Assembly (NCBI GenBank): GCA_012295275.1
Contig: CM022670.1
Coordinates: 40,362,001-40,426,000, forward strand
Reading direction: 5' to 3'
From: Chrysomallon squamiferum
Taxonomy: Eukaryota > Animalia > Mollusca
Length of the DNA stretch: 64,000 bases
Shown here piece after piece: positions 1 to 14,605 of the stretch. Each line of letters begins with the position of its first letter. The stretch's first letter is position 1. A program made the translations under genes and the position numbers. The notes under the pieces were generated by a model. The model was given only the letters and a program-made list of their open reading frames with translations, searched no databases and had not been told where the DNA came from.

Positions 1-593
1 TACTGTTATGTTTTAGCAAAACTGTATCGACGGTTTCCGATTTTGGTGGAATGGTATGAAGTCGATGTCTTTAATTGTTTCACCTTCATCAAATGTTATC
101 AAAAATAAATAAACACATCTGAAGTAACAGTCACTAAATATTTTCTTCACAAAACAATGACCGATTAGTTAGTTTATCACCTCCTCAGTGAACTTTATTT
201 ACACCATCTTATATATTTGACGAATTACTTTATTTCTTGCACATTAATATATTTATGATAATTACATCATGCTTCCGTTAATTTTAAGCTCCATAATTTC
301 ATATTTAAACAATAAATAAATTGATTTTGTTTGTAAAATATCATGGATTTTTAAGCAGTATCCAGTGTGTCTATACATTTATCAGTTCAATGAAATTCGG
401 AGTTTATTGGTATTTAAAAGTTATATTAGCAGTTCCCATTGGAATATGTGGCCATTGAACATATCTGAGGGGTGATGAATGTAATTAATTTTGTAGTTTC
501 CCGTGTCAGGATATAGTAAAAAAATATACTGAGGTAAAGTACCGTATTTTATATGTAAAATAATATTGTGGGTTTTTTTTAATTTTAAAAAAT

Positions 594-629
<36 letters not shown>

Positions 630-684
630 TAATTAAAAATTAATTTAAAAAAAAAAATTTTTATTATTCACACTTATTTTGTAG

Positions 685-2208
685 ATAGTTCATTATGGAG
701 TCAATGGTTATTACAATGCTCATTATGATTCACACAAAAAGGTAACCAAAACTCCTTGCTGTATGCCATTTGGCAAAAAACCATGTCGAATGTGCAGGTA
801 AGTACATTTTAATCCTTTGTCCTAACAGAATATTCAGCTAAATTATAATAGCTTTTGATCTAATTCATGCTTTAATTTTTGTCTGAGAAACAATGAACCA
901 CACCATAAATCCTTTCAGTGGATCCACAAAACTACTTTGTGTTGTAACTTATGCATAAAAGGCCATGGTATGTGATATCCTGTCTTTAAGAAAGAGCTTA
1001 ATAAAAGATCTTAAGTGGTAACAGATATTTCATTTCTCCTGTGTTGTGACAGAAATTTGTTCATACACAGTAACTACCATTATTGTTTTTCATTTTTAAA
1101 TTAAATTAATATGCTGGATGGCTTAAAATAATTTGTTTAGTATATATATTAAGTATCACACTGCAAAAGCTCATAAAGATCACTGTCTGTGAAGAAGATA
1201 TAAAAAGAATGGAAAAAGTAACTAAAATAAAAGTTAATGGTTTTGTTGACATCCAGCAGATTTTTAATAAAATACTTTGTACATCTCAGTAATTATTTCT
1301 AATGTAATATTATAATTAAGTTACAGCATTTCAACATTTTATATAACGAAATTCATCTTTTGTCAAAACTGTTTGGATTCAGCATACCTTAAAATCTTTA
1401 TATGCCAAATTTCATGCTTTCTGTAAAATGTTCTTCACATCTTGTATTAAGCCAAATGCCATTCAGTGGGCATCTAAAATTCCAATAACCCATCAAACTG
1501 CTGAATTATCTCCTACTCTGAAGTATTCACAGAGATGTATGTCTATCAACAGTTATGTTTCAGGTACATGAGTATCCTTTTATATCTGAATGATGTAGAA
1601 GAAGGAGGTGAGACTGCATTTCCAGAGGCAGATAATGAAACTTATAATTATATTGTAAGTAAATTAAATTATTTCTTGTTTTTTTTTTGTTTTGTTTTTT
1701 TATTTAAATAAATAAATAAAATATTAAAATAAAAAAATATATATATTAAAAGCATATGAATTTTTTTTTTTTTTTTTTTTTTTAAATGCTGAAAAGAGCC
1801 ATAAATATAAAATATAAACACCATTGGTACTCATTAAAAATTTGTGAATAAACCAAAACAAAATGATGACTGAGATAATAGTAACAATACTTCTGTTTTT
1901 GTAATAATACAAACTAAACTGTAATATTTTACAGAAGCTTAAAATAGAAGAAAAGAGTAACTTGTTTCTCCACTGTGACAAAGCCAAACTAAAAGTTCTG
2001 CCAGTGAAAGGCAAAGCTGTGATGTGGTACAACCATTTTGTTGACAAAGAAACCCAGTGGCTTGGCAAGTTGGACATATTCAGCATCCATGGAGGATGTC
2101 GTGTGAAAAAAGGGAGAAAAATGGATAGGAACTTTCTGGATAACTCTTACAGACAACAAAGAAGAAGACACAAAAAGAATAGCAAAATTATCTGAAATAA
2201 AAGGTTAA
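685..2208 (+). CDS. P4HTM: Transmembrane prolyl 4-hydroxylase-like (2OG-Fe(II) dioxygenase), last three coding exons; 5' part not identified in the window; one +1 frameshift near 2112-2114
   Basis: GT-AG exons 685-797 (IVHYGVNGYYNAHYDS...CRMCR), 1564-1654 (YMSILLYLNDVEEGGETAFPEADNETY) and 1935-2208 (HCDKAKLKVLPVKGKAVMWYNH...SIHGGCRVKKG). HxD and distal His match P4HTM. Removing one G at 2112-2114 restores EKWIGTFWI (P4HTM KWIANNWI) and a stop at 2206-2208. May be a paralogue rather than the strict orthologue. Confidence 0.8.
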
Positions 2209-2602
2209 TGGCTTTAGAGATGTCTGAATACATTTTTTAATATTATCCTTCACATCATGTAAAATAATGATATAAAAGGAAACCATCAGACACAATACCA
2301 AATCTGTTTTCATTTATCAGCAGCAGTGGGTCTTTTGTATATAACTTACGAAACGCAGGACAGCATGTACCATCTTTTTTTAAACTGGATATAGAGAACT
2401 GATTAGATGAGGTAAAAACAAAGCCATAAATTTATATTTAACATATTTATCTGCATTTGTAGAAGTATTTAAAAGAAATAAAATATAAAATACAGTAAAA
2501 TAGTTACTATAATATTACTGGTTTGTAACTTCATTATGTTCAAAACAGAACTGATTAAATAATTCATGTATCTTTACTTACATATTATTATAAAATATAT
2601 AG

Positions 2603-2603
<1 letters not shown>

Positions 2604-2657
<54 letters not shown>

Positions 2658-2666
2658 TGTGTGTGT
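2604..2666. repeat. (TG)n microsatellite between the convergent P4HTM-like and OGFOD1 3' ends
   Basis: Directly visible. Confidence 0.95.
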
Positions 2667-2847
2667 TGTTTGTGATCACATATTCAACAAAAAAAAGAAA
2701 TGCAAAAAGACTAAAATATTATAAAATACATAAAGTAATTCTAGGATCTTAAAACTTAGTGTGAAAGAAATTAGTTTGAATTATAAAAGTCAATTATTAT
2801 ATAGTATATTTTTAAATTTATTTTGCAGCTGTCAGAAGTTTAATGTT

Positions 2848-5800
2848 TCACTCAAAGTATACTGAGGCAATGTCATAAAAGTTCTTGTTGTTTTTGTCTA
2901 AAACTGTGTGATTGACATGTTTTACAAAGCGCAGAGTATTCACATCCCTGTAGACAAGCGACAAAGAGTTTTCCACTGGATGAACTGTCAACAGCTGAAA
3001 TTTAAACCAGATATATTTTCTGAATCTAGTTTTATCTGCAAATTAAATCATTAGTCAGATGAAAGCATTGTAATTAATGATAAAAAAGTAATAATAAAAA
3101 AAAAATAAAAGTATTAAAACTCTATCTAACACTTCCATTATTTTGGCAAACTATTTTCAAAAAAAATCATCACCAAAACATTGATTACATTTTATTGTTA
3201 TTTATGCATACATTATTTAAATAAAACCAATATTAAAATGTTATTAATATTTTATTGATAACAGTGAGTTCAAATCAATTTTAGCATGAAATTCAATTAT
3301 TACTTACATAAACTTGGATCAACACTGCAAAACCAGTATAAAATATAATACCTTTTTGGCAACATGAACTTCCAGCTTTTAATAAAGACATCTTTTAATA
3401 TAAAAACTAGCAAAAAGAAATTATCTGCTGGAAAACATACCTCTTCATCTTCTCCTTTTGCAATGTATGATGTGTATCCTCCATGTGAAGGTTGCCAGTC
3501 TAAAACACAACATTTTAAATTATATAGTTATTTATGTTTTTTACATTAAATGTTAATATATTTTTATAATTATATTTTTGTAACAATTCCAAACATTCTT
3601 GCCCTAAGATCAGATTTGTTCTTTTAGAAACTGAATTTTCTTTTTCATTATTTCTGTTCAAAGAATATTAATTAACAATGTCCATAAACCAAACTTCTGT
3701 TTAAAAAACCATGTTTATATATAAACTTTTTAAATACATATTACACAATAAGAACTGCAACAGAGCATAAAAAAAAAAAAATAACAACAGTAATAATAAA
3801 AAAAAAAAAAAAAAAAAAGTAAAAATAAAAATATTCACATGTTAATTAATATTTTACAACTGATAATACTTCCAAAACATCATTTTTATTAAAACTACCA
3901 GTATGTCATTATACTATAATGGGTCTTAAACTGTTAGTTAAATATAATGTTACCTTTGCTTCCTATGCTTAACACAGCATCTAAGGCAACTTGAGAGACG
4001 TCTCTGTCTGTGTCATTAACCAGTGTGTAACTTCCATGTGACCATCTCCTTACTTCACTACAGCATCTTGGAGTTGTAGAATCTTCACCTGACAAAAAAC
4101 CCATAAATTATTGTACTAGAAAGAAATTAAATAATTAAAATCTCAGAAAATCTAATATAATCAGACAAAGGACTATTTTGTGATCTTTAAAAATGAAAAT
4201 GAAAGAAATATGTGTATATACACATATCAGACAAAAAGACAAAGAAATATGAAATAATTGCAAAATAATAATAATAAAATATATTTAAGTAAATTGTATA
4301 AAAATACTCGGTGAAAAAAAATTAATCCTCTAGGACTGTAAAACAGTATTAACGTAAACACACCTTTATTTTCAGTTACATTTTCTTTAACAACATTTGA
4401 ACTTTCAGCCTCTTGTTCTGACTCTGAATCTGAAACTGCAGCTAGTTCATGTAACTTGAGGCCAGTCAGATTGGACAGGATCAGAAACATGGCATCTGAT
4501 TGGAAGAACTTTATACAGTCCTGCACTATGATTGGCTGGTCAGCTTTTTCACATCTGTGGTAGTTTCTAAACAGATAATTTAAATTTCAGTTTTGGTAAA
4601 TATCCATTTCAAAACATGATATGATTTAATAATAATAATAATAATAATAAATGCTGTTATTAAATAGGAAAATGAAAAATAAACATGGGGAACAATCTAA
4701 AGAAAATAAAAATTATGTAAATGGAAATTATAAATGTCACCTTTTGTGTGGTGGTCCCCTATGTTCCCATTTTGTTTGATTTGACTGAAGAGCCAACAAT
4801 AATTCTGAATATTTATCTGCCTGAAAAATAATTAAGTTCAAAAACTAAAAGTGTATAAATGTCTATAACACAGATAATCCATTTACAAAATATTAGTTAC
4901 AAATTTTGTTATGAACTGATAGAAACTGTTTCATATTAAATATTCTGATGAGTTGTGTTAGTACTCTAAGGTGATAAACTTGAATGTGTTATGTATTAAA
5001 TACCTGTAGAAAATCCTGAAGCTGTATTTCTGAATCAGTTTCAAATGTTTCCTTTATTTCTGCTTGGGTCACAGGATTTAGATAAACAGGATTAATCCAT
5101 GCATAGAGCTCATCTTCCTGAAATAGCAAAAAAACATAAATAAAATTAATTAATTAATTAGTAATAATAATAAGAAGAAGAAGAAGAAGAAATAAATAAA
5201 TAATAATAGCAATAACAATAATAACAATATAATAAAATACTGTTAATAATAAATAATAAAAAAAAATAATAATAATAATAATAAAAAATCAAATAAATAA
5301 TAAAAAATGTAAGTAAAAAAATTAAACAAACTAGGTTCTGTCTAGACAAATGGATCAATGTTTTAACAGAGAATATAGAAATATTCTGTTCTAAGTATGA
5401 CTATGAGTATGATATTTTGTTATCTTTCAAATGTGGATGGAACAATTCTTTAATGAAAATAGAATAATAAAAAAAAATAAAAATAAAATATATATGTATG
5501 TGTATATAATTATATAATATATTTAATAACAACAACCAGAAGACAAATAACAACAGAAATATTAGAATTTTACCTCCAGTGGCACACACTGTGTTAATAT
5601 GGCTGCTGGTTCAATGAAAGCTGGAGGCCTGGGTAATGGAAAACTGTGATACCAGCCTGTTACAGTAAGTCTCGTCTTGTCTTTTGATAAAACCTCTGCC
5701 ACCTGAGACAATATTAATAAAGTTTACATAAACACACATAGACATTGTTCTCTACTGGTCATTTCACCTTTCACAAATCCTAATCGCAAATGTGCAGGGT

Positions 5801-8800
5801 TTTTTTTTTAAAGAAAGCTCCACAATTTGCAAGTGTTCTAGAGAATTTCCTACAGTTATAAGACCCTTGATGTATGTGTATATTTGATTTATATGACTAC
5901 AGGTTAATTATGTGAACATCTCGTTTCTTATATTTTAATCATGAAGTTAATTTGTGTGATAATGATTATAATAAAATAATGATTAGATATATATATATAT
6001 ATATATTGTGCTGATTATAGAATATTCTCACTTTTCATTGCTTTAACTCTGAGGTTTTGGTAATATATATCTGCTTCAGAAATACATGGCTGCTCTGATG
6101 TGCAGCCAACTGTATGAAAAAAAAATAATAATACTGGTTTTTTTAAATAACACAAATTGAAATGTAATAGTTTGATATAAAAATAAAAACCTGATGAAAT
6201 GATTTTTCTGTAACTTCAAAAAATGCCAGTGTATTTCTTTGTGGACAAATGGATTTCACTACCTGTGTGAGGTTGACCTTTCTCTGTTTAAAAAATATAA
6301 TTAAATCAATAAAAAGACATGTACACAAAAGTAATGAACAGAATTATTGCTTTTTCAGTTCAAAATTTGATTTGTAATATGGAAACTGAAGAATTTCTTC
6401 AATAAAAAAACAATTTACAACATATAAATACAATACTGGATTTTGATTTCCATTTAAAAAATATCAAAGTGATAACAGAAAATGTGTAATAATGTCAATG
6501 CTACATGTAATTTATGTAACAATATTTATCCTTTCTCTCTCTTTCACTGTTTATTTTTATTTTTTTATTTTTTAAATAATAATTTAAAATATTATTTAGT
6601 TTAAAAAAAAAAAAAAATTCAAAATTGATATCAAAATATCATCTTATCCATGGCTTTTAATTTTTGTTTAAATACTGATGAAAAATATAAAAATAACAGA
6701 CAAACAGGATAATACGAAAGTTTAAAAAAAGAATGAGTACCAGTAAAAATAATGCTTAATCCCACTAAAATAACTTACTGGAAAAAAAAACCCTTAAACA
6801 GAAACATTTAAAATGAAACAGAAAATATACCAATGAAAAGAAAACAGTAATTGTAATAAAAATAAAAGTCTGGATTCTAACCATCCATGTCAAAGAGATC
6901 GAGAGTGCCTCCATCTTCCTGCGACCAGCTGTCAGGAACAAGGTACAGGATGTAGGCTACACGTCTGCTCTCCAGTTCATCATCATGACACAACAGAACA
7001 TCTAAGTCAAATAAATACAGTCCAGCTTTTTAATTAGACGTACAGGAAAACAAGAAAGAAAGAACCTAAAAGCAGCTATATATATATATATATATATATA
7101 CTTATTTTAAAATTATTGGTGGGAACTTTATTTTTGAATTTTTATAATCTGTGCAAGTTTATGTTATTTAAGACTAAAAACTATTTTGAATTTTATTAAA
7201 TAGTATCTAATAACCAGTTTATTAACAATGAACAGAGATGCTGTTCAATTAATTACTCATTTGTTGTAAAAATGGTTCAATAATAATGTATAATTTAATT
7301 AAGTATTAAGTAACTGGTAATGTAATGTTTAAAAATTGTTATAACTGTAATTAAAAACAAGTGAAAGATATTAAAATATGGTACCTGTATAGTCATACTT
7401 AGAACAGAATATATCTACATTCTCTGTTAAGTCAATTCCAGTGATTTCTGACAACCAGCTTCGAAATTCACCTTGAAGTAAGCTTCTTAAAAACAGAATC
7501 AATTATAACACATTTAATTTATGGCGTGTAAAAAAAATATTATTATTATTGTTGTTGTCATTGTTTAAATATTTAAATGTTGATATGGCATTAAATAAAT
7601 TTTCAACAATTCATTCTCAGAAGATTAATATTAGAAAAACAATCCCTAATAGAACTGTAGATTGAAAATTTTTAAAACTCTATTACTGTTTTATTACTTT
7701 TATTTAAATAAATAAAATTAACAAATGTTCTACAATGTTTCTGAAAATTGTCATTACAATATAATTTTTGTATTTTTAGAGTCATTGTATTGTTTTAGTA
7801 TAAAAGATAACATTATAATTGACAGTCAATTTGGTGCAGACTAAGGAGAGCAACAAGACTATTAAATCACAAATGTTTTAAAATAAAACAGCTTAATATT
7901 ATAAGAATGCAATTTTAACAATTTTACTTACTTGAGTGCTTTTATGTGTGGCGAATCATACCCTTTCAAGTCATTGCTCTGTAGAAAACAGAAAACAATA
8001 TTTTACAACTTAAACAGTTAATCTAATAACAAAAACCCCAATATAAACACATATCAGCAAATTTTAAAATATCAGTCAATTTAGAATCTACACATAAAAT
8101 CATCAATTAATTCTGGCAATGTTAAACATTACAATGGATAATTTTTTTAAAAGGGCATTTATAAGTATATATTATGACAAGAATTTAAATACTATTGTTT
8201 TCTTAGTATCTTATTATTTTACAGGAATTATACTGACTTGTTGGTGTAACATCATAAGGTACACAGAGAAAAGACAATTTGGGTAGTTTAAACAGTACAA
8301 GTAACTGAAAACCAGAAATTATCACACCTGATGGAACTTGAAAAGATCATTGTTTTTCTCTAAATATGAAAGACCTGAAAGTTCTCGTTCTAACTCAGTC
8401 AGAAAATTAATTTCTTGAAGAAAATTTGGAACAACAACATGGCAGAATGGTTCTTGTGAAATTTTAACACCATGATTATCTGAAAGAGACAATAATAATA
8501 AGAATAATAATAATTATAAATTAGCATAAAACCATTATCACAAATATAGACAACATAAAGTTATACTGTCCAAACAAAATAATATTTTAGGGCATGAAAC
8601 AAATGCCAAAATTATATTTATATTAAGTCGTTAACTTATTTAAATGTATATATAAATAATCTTAACAAAACGCCATCATGTTGATAAATTTCAATATATA
8701 TATATTTTTTAAATAAAAGATTTAATGCATTTATTAGCTGTGCAATACGTTATTAAGAAAAATGATTTATAATTTTATTTAATGTGTATTACTATTATTA

Positions 8801-8916
8801 ATTACAGTACTGAAGTAAAAATTATTGGCTGCAATTTCAAACGTAAGTATTAAAGTAATCAAGAGGCAATGGTCTCAGCTTCAGTTCTAAACTATTCAGA
8901 AACAACATAATACTAC

Positions 8917-8991
<75 letters not shown>

Positions 8992-9191
8992 AGGCTAGCA
9001 AAATCATTACATCATATCACACCTTCCAAATAGACATCTTTGTGTAAAAATGCCTTTTTAATATTTTCTTTGACACTTTTAAGCATCAAAGTCTCTGTTA
9101 TTTGAATATTAACATTTTCACTTTTCTTCCTTTTTACTTTGTCTTCAGAATTTAGATATTTATCTGATGTATGATTTCTTTTTACACTCAT
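2848..9191 (-). CDS. OGFOD1: Prolyl 3-hydroxylase OGFOD1 (RPS23/uS12 hydroxylase, Tpa1 family), 13 coding exons
   Basis: Exons 9191-9023, 8479-8328, 7978-7932, 7485-7385, 7001-6882, 6283-6191, 5702-5574, 5117-5004, 4820-4741, 4566-4364, 4088-3954, 3499-3441, 2994-2848. Motifs [93 protein letters not shown]. Exon 6 is 93 nt where 92 is needed (one extra base near 6265-6272). Confidence 0.93.
8919..8989. repeat. (AC)n microsatellite in OGFOD1 intron 1
   Basis: Directly visible. Confidence 0.95.
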
Positions 9192-9539
9192 GTTACTTGT
9201 TATAATACTTTAGTTCAAAATCATAATTTTATTTTCACTTTTAAAGTGGTTAAACACGTGTATTTGTTGACGGAAGTTAACTATGGTATTGCGGATTGGA
9301 TATTATGACTTAACAATTAGTCTGGAAAATAATAAATAAAATTAATTAAAAAAAACAATGAACTGGTTTTAGCATTAAGATCATGAGTGAACTATTTTAA
9401 AAATCAGTGAAATTAACGTATGTAATGTATAACGACTTCCCTATTGTAATTTTCGGTACTTCCGGTCAGATTGTGTTCTTTCGATTTGTAAACGCGGTTT
9501 ATGAATTTTGCTGATTAAAAATAAATTAATAGAACAAAA
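9192..9539. promoter_or_regulatory. Bidirectional promoter and 5' UTRs shared by OGFOD1 (-) and LSM4 (+)
   Basis: Divergent start codons about 350 bp apart. Oppositely oriented ETS-type sites CGGAAGT (9271-9277) and ACTTCCGG (9458-9465), E-box CACGTG (9255-9260), ATTGG (9295-9299). Confidence 0.65.
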
Positions 9540-9871
9540 ATGGTATGTATGATATATCTTTTTAAAATTACTTTTCAGAGTACTTAATGGTTGGTCAGTT
9601 TTCTCATTAATTATTGTTTGAAATATTCAAGCAACCTTTTCTAAAATCGTGGAATCAAAACATGCTTATCCTGAGAATTGTATAAGTTAGATGCTTAAAT
9701 TAAAAGTAAAATTTAATTAAACATTTAAATTAAACCTTGATTCTTATGTAATAATAATGATAAACATTTAAAATTGAAACTTTTTTTTGAATTTGGAAAG
9801 TAATATATAATAATAAATATTAATGTTTACAAGAGTTATCTCAATATCTGAAGATCCTTTGAAATTTGATA

Positions 9872-9910
<39 letters not shown>

Positions 9911-11396
9911 GTTTCATAAATAATAGTAATTTAAAATAAAATAGACCTTGCATGTTATATAATGATGTTCTATCACAAATGACAACTTAATTTATCTTTG
10001 TGTTCCAGCTTCCCTTATCACTGTTACGAACTGCAGTGAACCATCCTATGGTATGTATATATATTATATAAGATCTCTTTAATACATTTAATATATTAAT
10101 AAAATCAGTATTGCATTTATAGTGGAGCCCTTAGTGGATCTAATGTAATCATAGTGGATTCTTTATTAAAATGTACCAATATAATTTGCAAAATTATTAT
10201 TTTCTTTAAATACACTGATTTTCAAATTTCTTTTACAGCTCGTAGAATTGAAAAATGGTGAAACGTACAATGGTCATCTAGTGAACTGTGATAACTGGAT
10301 GAACATTAACTTGAGAGAAGTCATTTGTACATCCAGAGTAAGAAATTATATTAATTAGTAAATAATGTTTAATTTTGTTTAGTATTTAATTTAATAACAA
10401 TGCATCCCATGTTTTTAGCTTTACACTTGTTAAAACATACAATTTATTTGCAACAAATTACTTCAATCTGTTTTAATAAAACAAAAAATGAAGATTTTAA
10501 CTACACATTTGAGATAAAAAATAAAAATAAACACAAAATGAATTTGATGGAAATCTGGTTTTGAAATGCATTATGATTATCAAACATATACAAATTTATT
10601 AGTATTTTTTGGTTTATCATGTGGACGTTATTAGTTTTATCAGACTCCTAATCAACTGCTTAATTCATCCATTATGTTGTTGGGTCTATTTTGGCTTCAG
10701 TAAATATATTTTTTTATTTTTAATACATACTGGTTTACTGAAATGTAGTCATGGCAGCTGTTGATGTATAGTACTTGCAGTCTGCTGGAATGAACCATGC
10801 AGTCCAATTCTAACTTCAGCACTCAAGATTTTTGTTAGGGTTACCTCGACCTTAGTCCATATCAACCAACTGGGCCAGTCACTGAGACTAATAAAATATA
10901 ATTAAAAATATATATATAAAAACAAATAGTAGCTCATGAAGATTCATCCTGGCCAACATACGTCATTTACTGCAATGTGATTTTGTAGAACTGATAGACT
11001 TACTGGTATTTTCAGGATGGTGACAGGTTTTGGCGAATGCCTGAATGTTACATCCGAGGCAGCACAATAAAGTATCTGCGAATCCCGGACGAGGTCATCG
11101 ATATGGTCAAAGAAGAAGCTATTCAGAAGAACAAGGGTCGCGGTGACTCGAGAGGCCGAGGGGGTGGAGGCCAGAGGGGAAGGGGAAGAGGTGTGGTTTC
11201 ATTATTGTTTGTTAACAGTGACGTAATGTTTCCAAAGATACAGATAAACTTAAATGCATTTGATTTAATATTTTTTGCCAAGGAAGGTTTATGAAAATAA
11301 CTAGTCTGAGTTATTATTTTAGTTTGAATTGTGATTGATTTGGTGTAAATATAAATATTTAAGTTATTTTCAAAACAAAAATATTTTTATTTATTA

Positions 11397-11431
<35 letters not shown>

Positions 11432-11764
11432 GTTAAAATAATTCAGCACTGTTAAAGAAACCACTTACAATTAATAATACAAATGTAATACTGTTTCATT
11501 CAAATAACCTCGTTATATAAAACAAAAATGTACAGGACCTTTGTGATAAATGTTATTGTACTACAAAGGTTGAATCTGGCAGAATTATATTCTTGTTTTT
11601 TGTGGGTGGTTGTTACACTGTGAAGGTAAGTGATTAAAACAGTGGAAACTTTAATGATCAACATTTTTAATTCTTCAGGTGCATTTCAAGCAGGAGGTCG
11701 TGGTGGACGAGGGGGATCTGGGGGTGGGAGGGGGCAGAAGCCAGGCAAAGGAAGAGGAAACTAA
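9540..11764 (+). CDS. LSM4: U6 snRNA-associated Sm-like protein LSm4, 5 coding exons
   Basis: Exons 9540-9542 (ATG only), 10009-10050, 10239-10337, 11016-11190, 11679-11764. Protein [82 protein letters not shown] followed by an RGG-rich tail. Confidence 0.97.
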
Positions 11765-13350
11765 ACTGACAGAACTTTTTCAAAAAACTCTTTAAAAAGA
11801 GGAGGCTGCAGTGTGCTATGGGAAACTGTGGCCTGACAAAACAGTAAATAACATCACTCAGGAAACACAGGCAGTCCATTGTTAAACTCGTCACTGAAAT
11901 AATGGAAACTGAATCAACTGTGGTACATCACATGGGATTGAAATCTCTTGAAAGTGTTTTGTAATTTTGGGGATGAGACTGCAGGTGTAAAAACTGTGAC
12001 GGGATGTGTTGTAGATGAAAGACTGTTTGGTTCTGTGTATGTTTTAACAAAAATTTGTTTTGTATTTGGTATGTTCACCACAGACAGTTGGTGCAGATGT
12101 TTTTCAGTTATATTTTATTATTTTTAAATGTTTGTTTGTAAACAAACATTAAAAAAGAATTTAAATTTTCTTAGATATAAAATTTAATGTAAGTGAAATG
12201 AGATTTATTTTTTAATTTAGTCATTTTATAGCTCATATCCTTCATGTTGAGTTTAACTGCACCTGCCAGCAGTAAGGGGAGATAATTATTTTGCATTAGT
12301 GCTCATTATAAAGGATTGGACATTTAAAAAAAGAACTGTTACATTTTGTACATACCACTAATAAAATATGTATTTGTAATGAAATATGTTTTAATGTAAT
12401 TATTAGAAGTATTTGAAGTATTGTGAGTATTAAAGTAAATGTTGTTTAACATTTGCTTTTTCTTCTATAATTTTCATACATCAGATTTCATTTGTGAATA
12501 AAAGTAAAAAATATGCCTTGTTGATATTATTTTCAAAATCTTTTGTTAATGAGTTTGCACAAGTTGGTTATATGGGTTCCTTCTTATTTACCTAATTTGA
12601 ACTCAGTTGTTTTACAAAAAGAAGGAAATAGTTTTTCAGGTAATCAGAGGTCAAGTTATTGAAATAAAACATTTTTTTTAAAGTAATAAAACTTTGATTG
12701 ACACAGATGAGACTTTAGTACTGATGGATCTTATCAACTTCTATCACTACATGGTACTCAGTTTTTTTTTTTTTTTTCAGTTTTATTTATTCATAGAATA
12801 GTTAGCTTTTATATCATTCAGTTGAATATTTATATAAATATGATTATTATTATGTTCATAAGATTTTGTCTTCCCCAGTGATATGTCCATTGCCATCTTG
12901 TACTTGATACCCTGGAAATTTCAGATGTATTTTATAATTATTGTTATTACATATATTTTACATTCAGTATATTTTGTCATAAGATTTAATGATAATTTCC
13001 AGAGGGTGAGAATGAACAAAATGAAGCTTTATAATCATATTTACTCTTGCTTCAGTACTTTTGTTTGTGTTAAAGTTTGGTTGTTTTATTTAGAAGTGGT
13101 AAAACTGGAACACATTCATATCCGTTTTTAATCAAGATTTCAATCGATGAAAAACACAAATTAATTTGTAAACAAGATGTATGTCATGGTACCTAATGTC
13201 AGTAAAGTTTTTTAACTTCAGTTTCTTGTTTATTTATTTCATTCAGTTGTAATTGTCTTCTTTTTGACATGGTTCATCAATTATTGTAGAAATGTAATCC
13301 ATCCATACAATGGTTTCAATGAATGATAAGTACTTGTTTTATGAAACAAA

Positions 13351-13670
13351 CACATTTTAATAATGACTAACAATAATGACACTAACACATTTTAATAATG
13401 ACTAACAATAATGACACTAACACATTTTAATAATGACTATGATTTTTAATGAGAACTACACACATTTTAATGATACACATTTAATAATGACTAACATTTT
13501 AATAATGACACTAATTTATAATGACTAACATTTTCATAAAGATTAACACATTTTAATGACACTAACATTTTAATGTTAAACATTTTAATAATGACACTAA
13601 CACATTTTAGTAATGACTTATATTTTAATGACACTAACACATTTTAAAAATGACACACATTTTAATAATG
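13351..13670. repeat. Degenerate AT-rich minisatellite built from CACATTTTAATAATGAC(AC)TAA units
   Basis: Repeated acattttaataatgac/actaac units visible across the intergenic segment. Confidence 0.8.
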
Positions 13671-14605
13671 ATAGTAATTACGGTGTATAGTAATGTTGAC
13701 TGGGATAATGGAATAAAAAACTGTTTGTCTTGTAATGAGCTACTAGTGTCATTAAACAGAACTAACTTTTATGGAGATGATATAAATATTTTCACATGAA
13801 TACAAAACAGCAATTCATTCAATGGTAAAGGAAAATACTCATTGAGTATGACTAGTCCATTCCATTTCATCACACAAATGAAGATGGCTTTGGAAGGGGA
13901 TTTTGAAAAATTGGAAATACAAAAAAAAAAAAAAAAAAAAAAAAAGTTATTTTTATTTTTATATGAAATATTTCGTTTCCTTTTAGAAATGTGTTCCAAC
14001 CATTCGCCCATCTGTATATATAAATTAATAAATAAATAAAAAGAAGAAAAAATTAACAATTAATAAAAATTAGAGAATACAATATACAAACAAAAACCCC
14101 AGACATTTTATGAGCGAAAGTGATATAATAATATAACATCGTCAGTTGGAAAATTTGTTCAATAGATGCACCATGTAAGACTGGACGTGCATCGTTCTTC
14201 AGGTATAACAAATACTTGAATAGTTTTAAGCTCGAACTACTAAGTTACAGTACACCCCATTTACTTTGAGAATAATGTGCCAACTTATGCAATGAAGGGC
14301 ACGATTTAGCGAACACATACGTACTTATATATTCATGGTTTTATTATTGATGTGGAACACGCTAATTGCACAAATCTCTCAAAGTCCAAGCCAAGGAAAA
14401 TGACCTTGTAAAATGAACTATTTAAAATACCCGGTAAAATGTGATCATAATTGCAATGGTAATTAACAGAAACGACCAGACATTAGTAACTTCTTAGTGT
14501 AAGACGCCATAATATTCATAACACAGTTGTCAATTAAATATTAAATTGGCGTGACTAATTACGACATTTGTAATTAGCCACTGTATTGAGTATGTCGTAT
14601 GAACC

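Noticed and set aside
1-684. Possible upstream P4HTM-like exons (for example 17-53 and 497-533)
   Set aside because: AG/GT boundaries exist but translations show no recognisable similarity to the expected SEPLQ-containing exon.
955-1040. Segment reminiscent of a gastropod SINE-like repeat; other possible repeat relics near 10740-10890, 16140-16350, 24431-24462, 41220-41440 and 61060-61500
   Set aside because: Based on vague recall only; no boundaries, target-site duplications or second copy can be shown within the window.
6071-6086. CTGCTTCAGAAATACA, a 15/16 antisense match to OGFOD1 exon 8
   Set aside because: A match this short is expected about once by chance in an AT-rich gene of this size, unlike the 42-nt copy.
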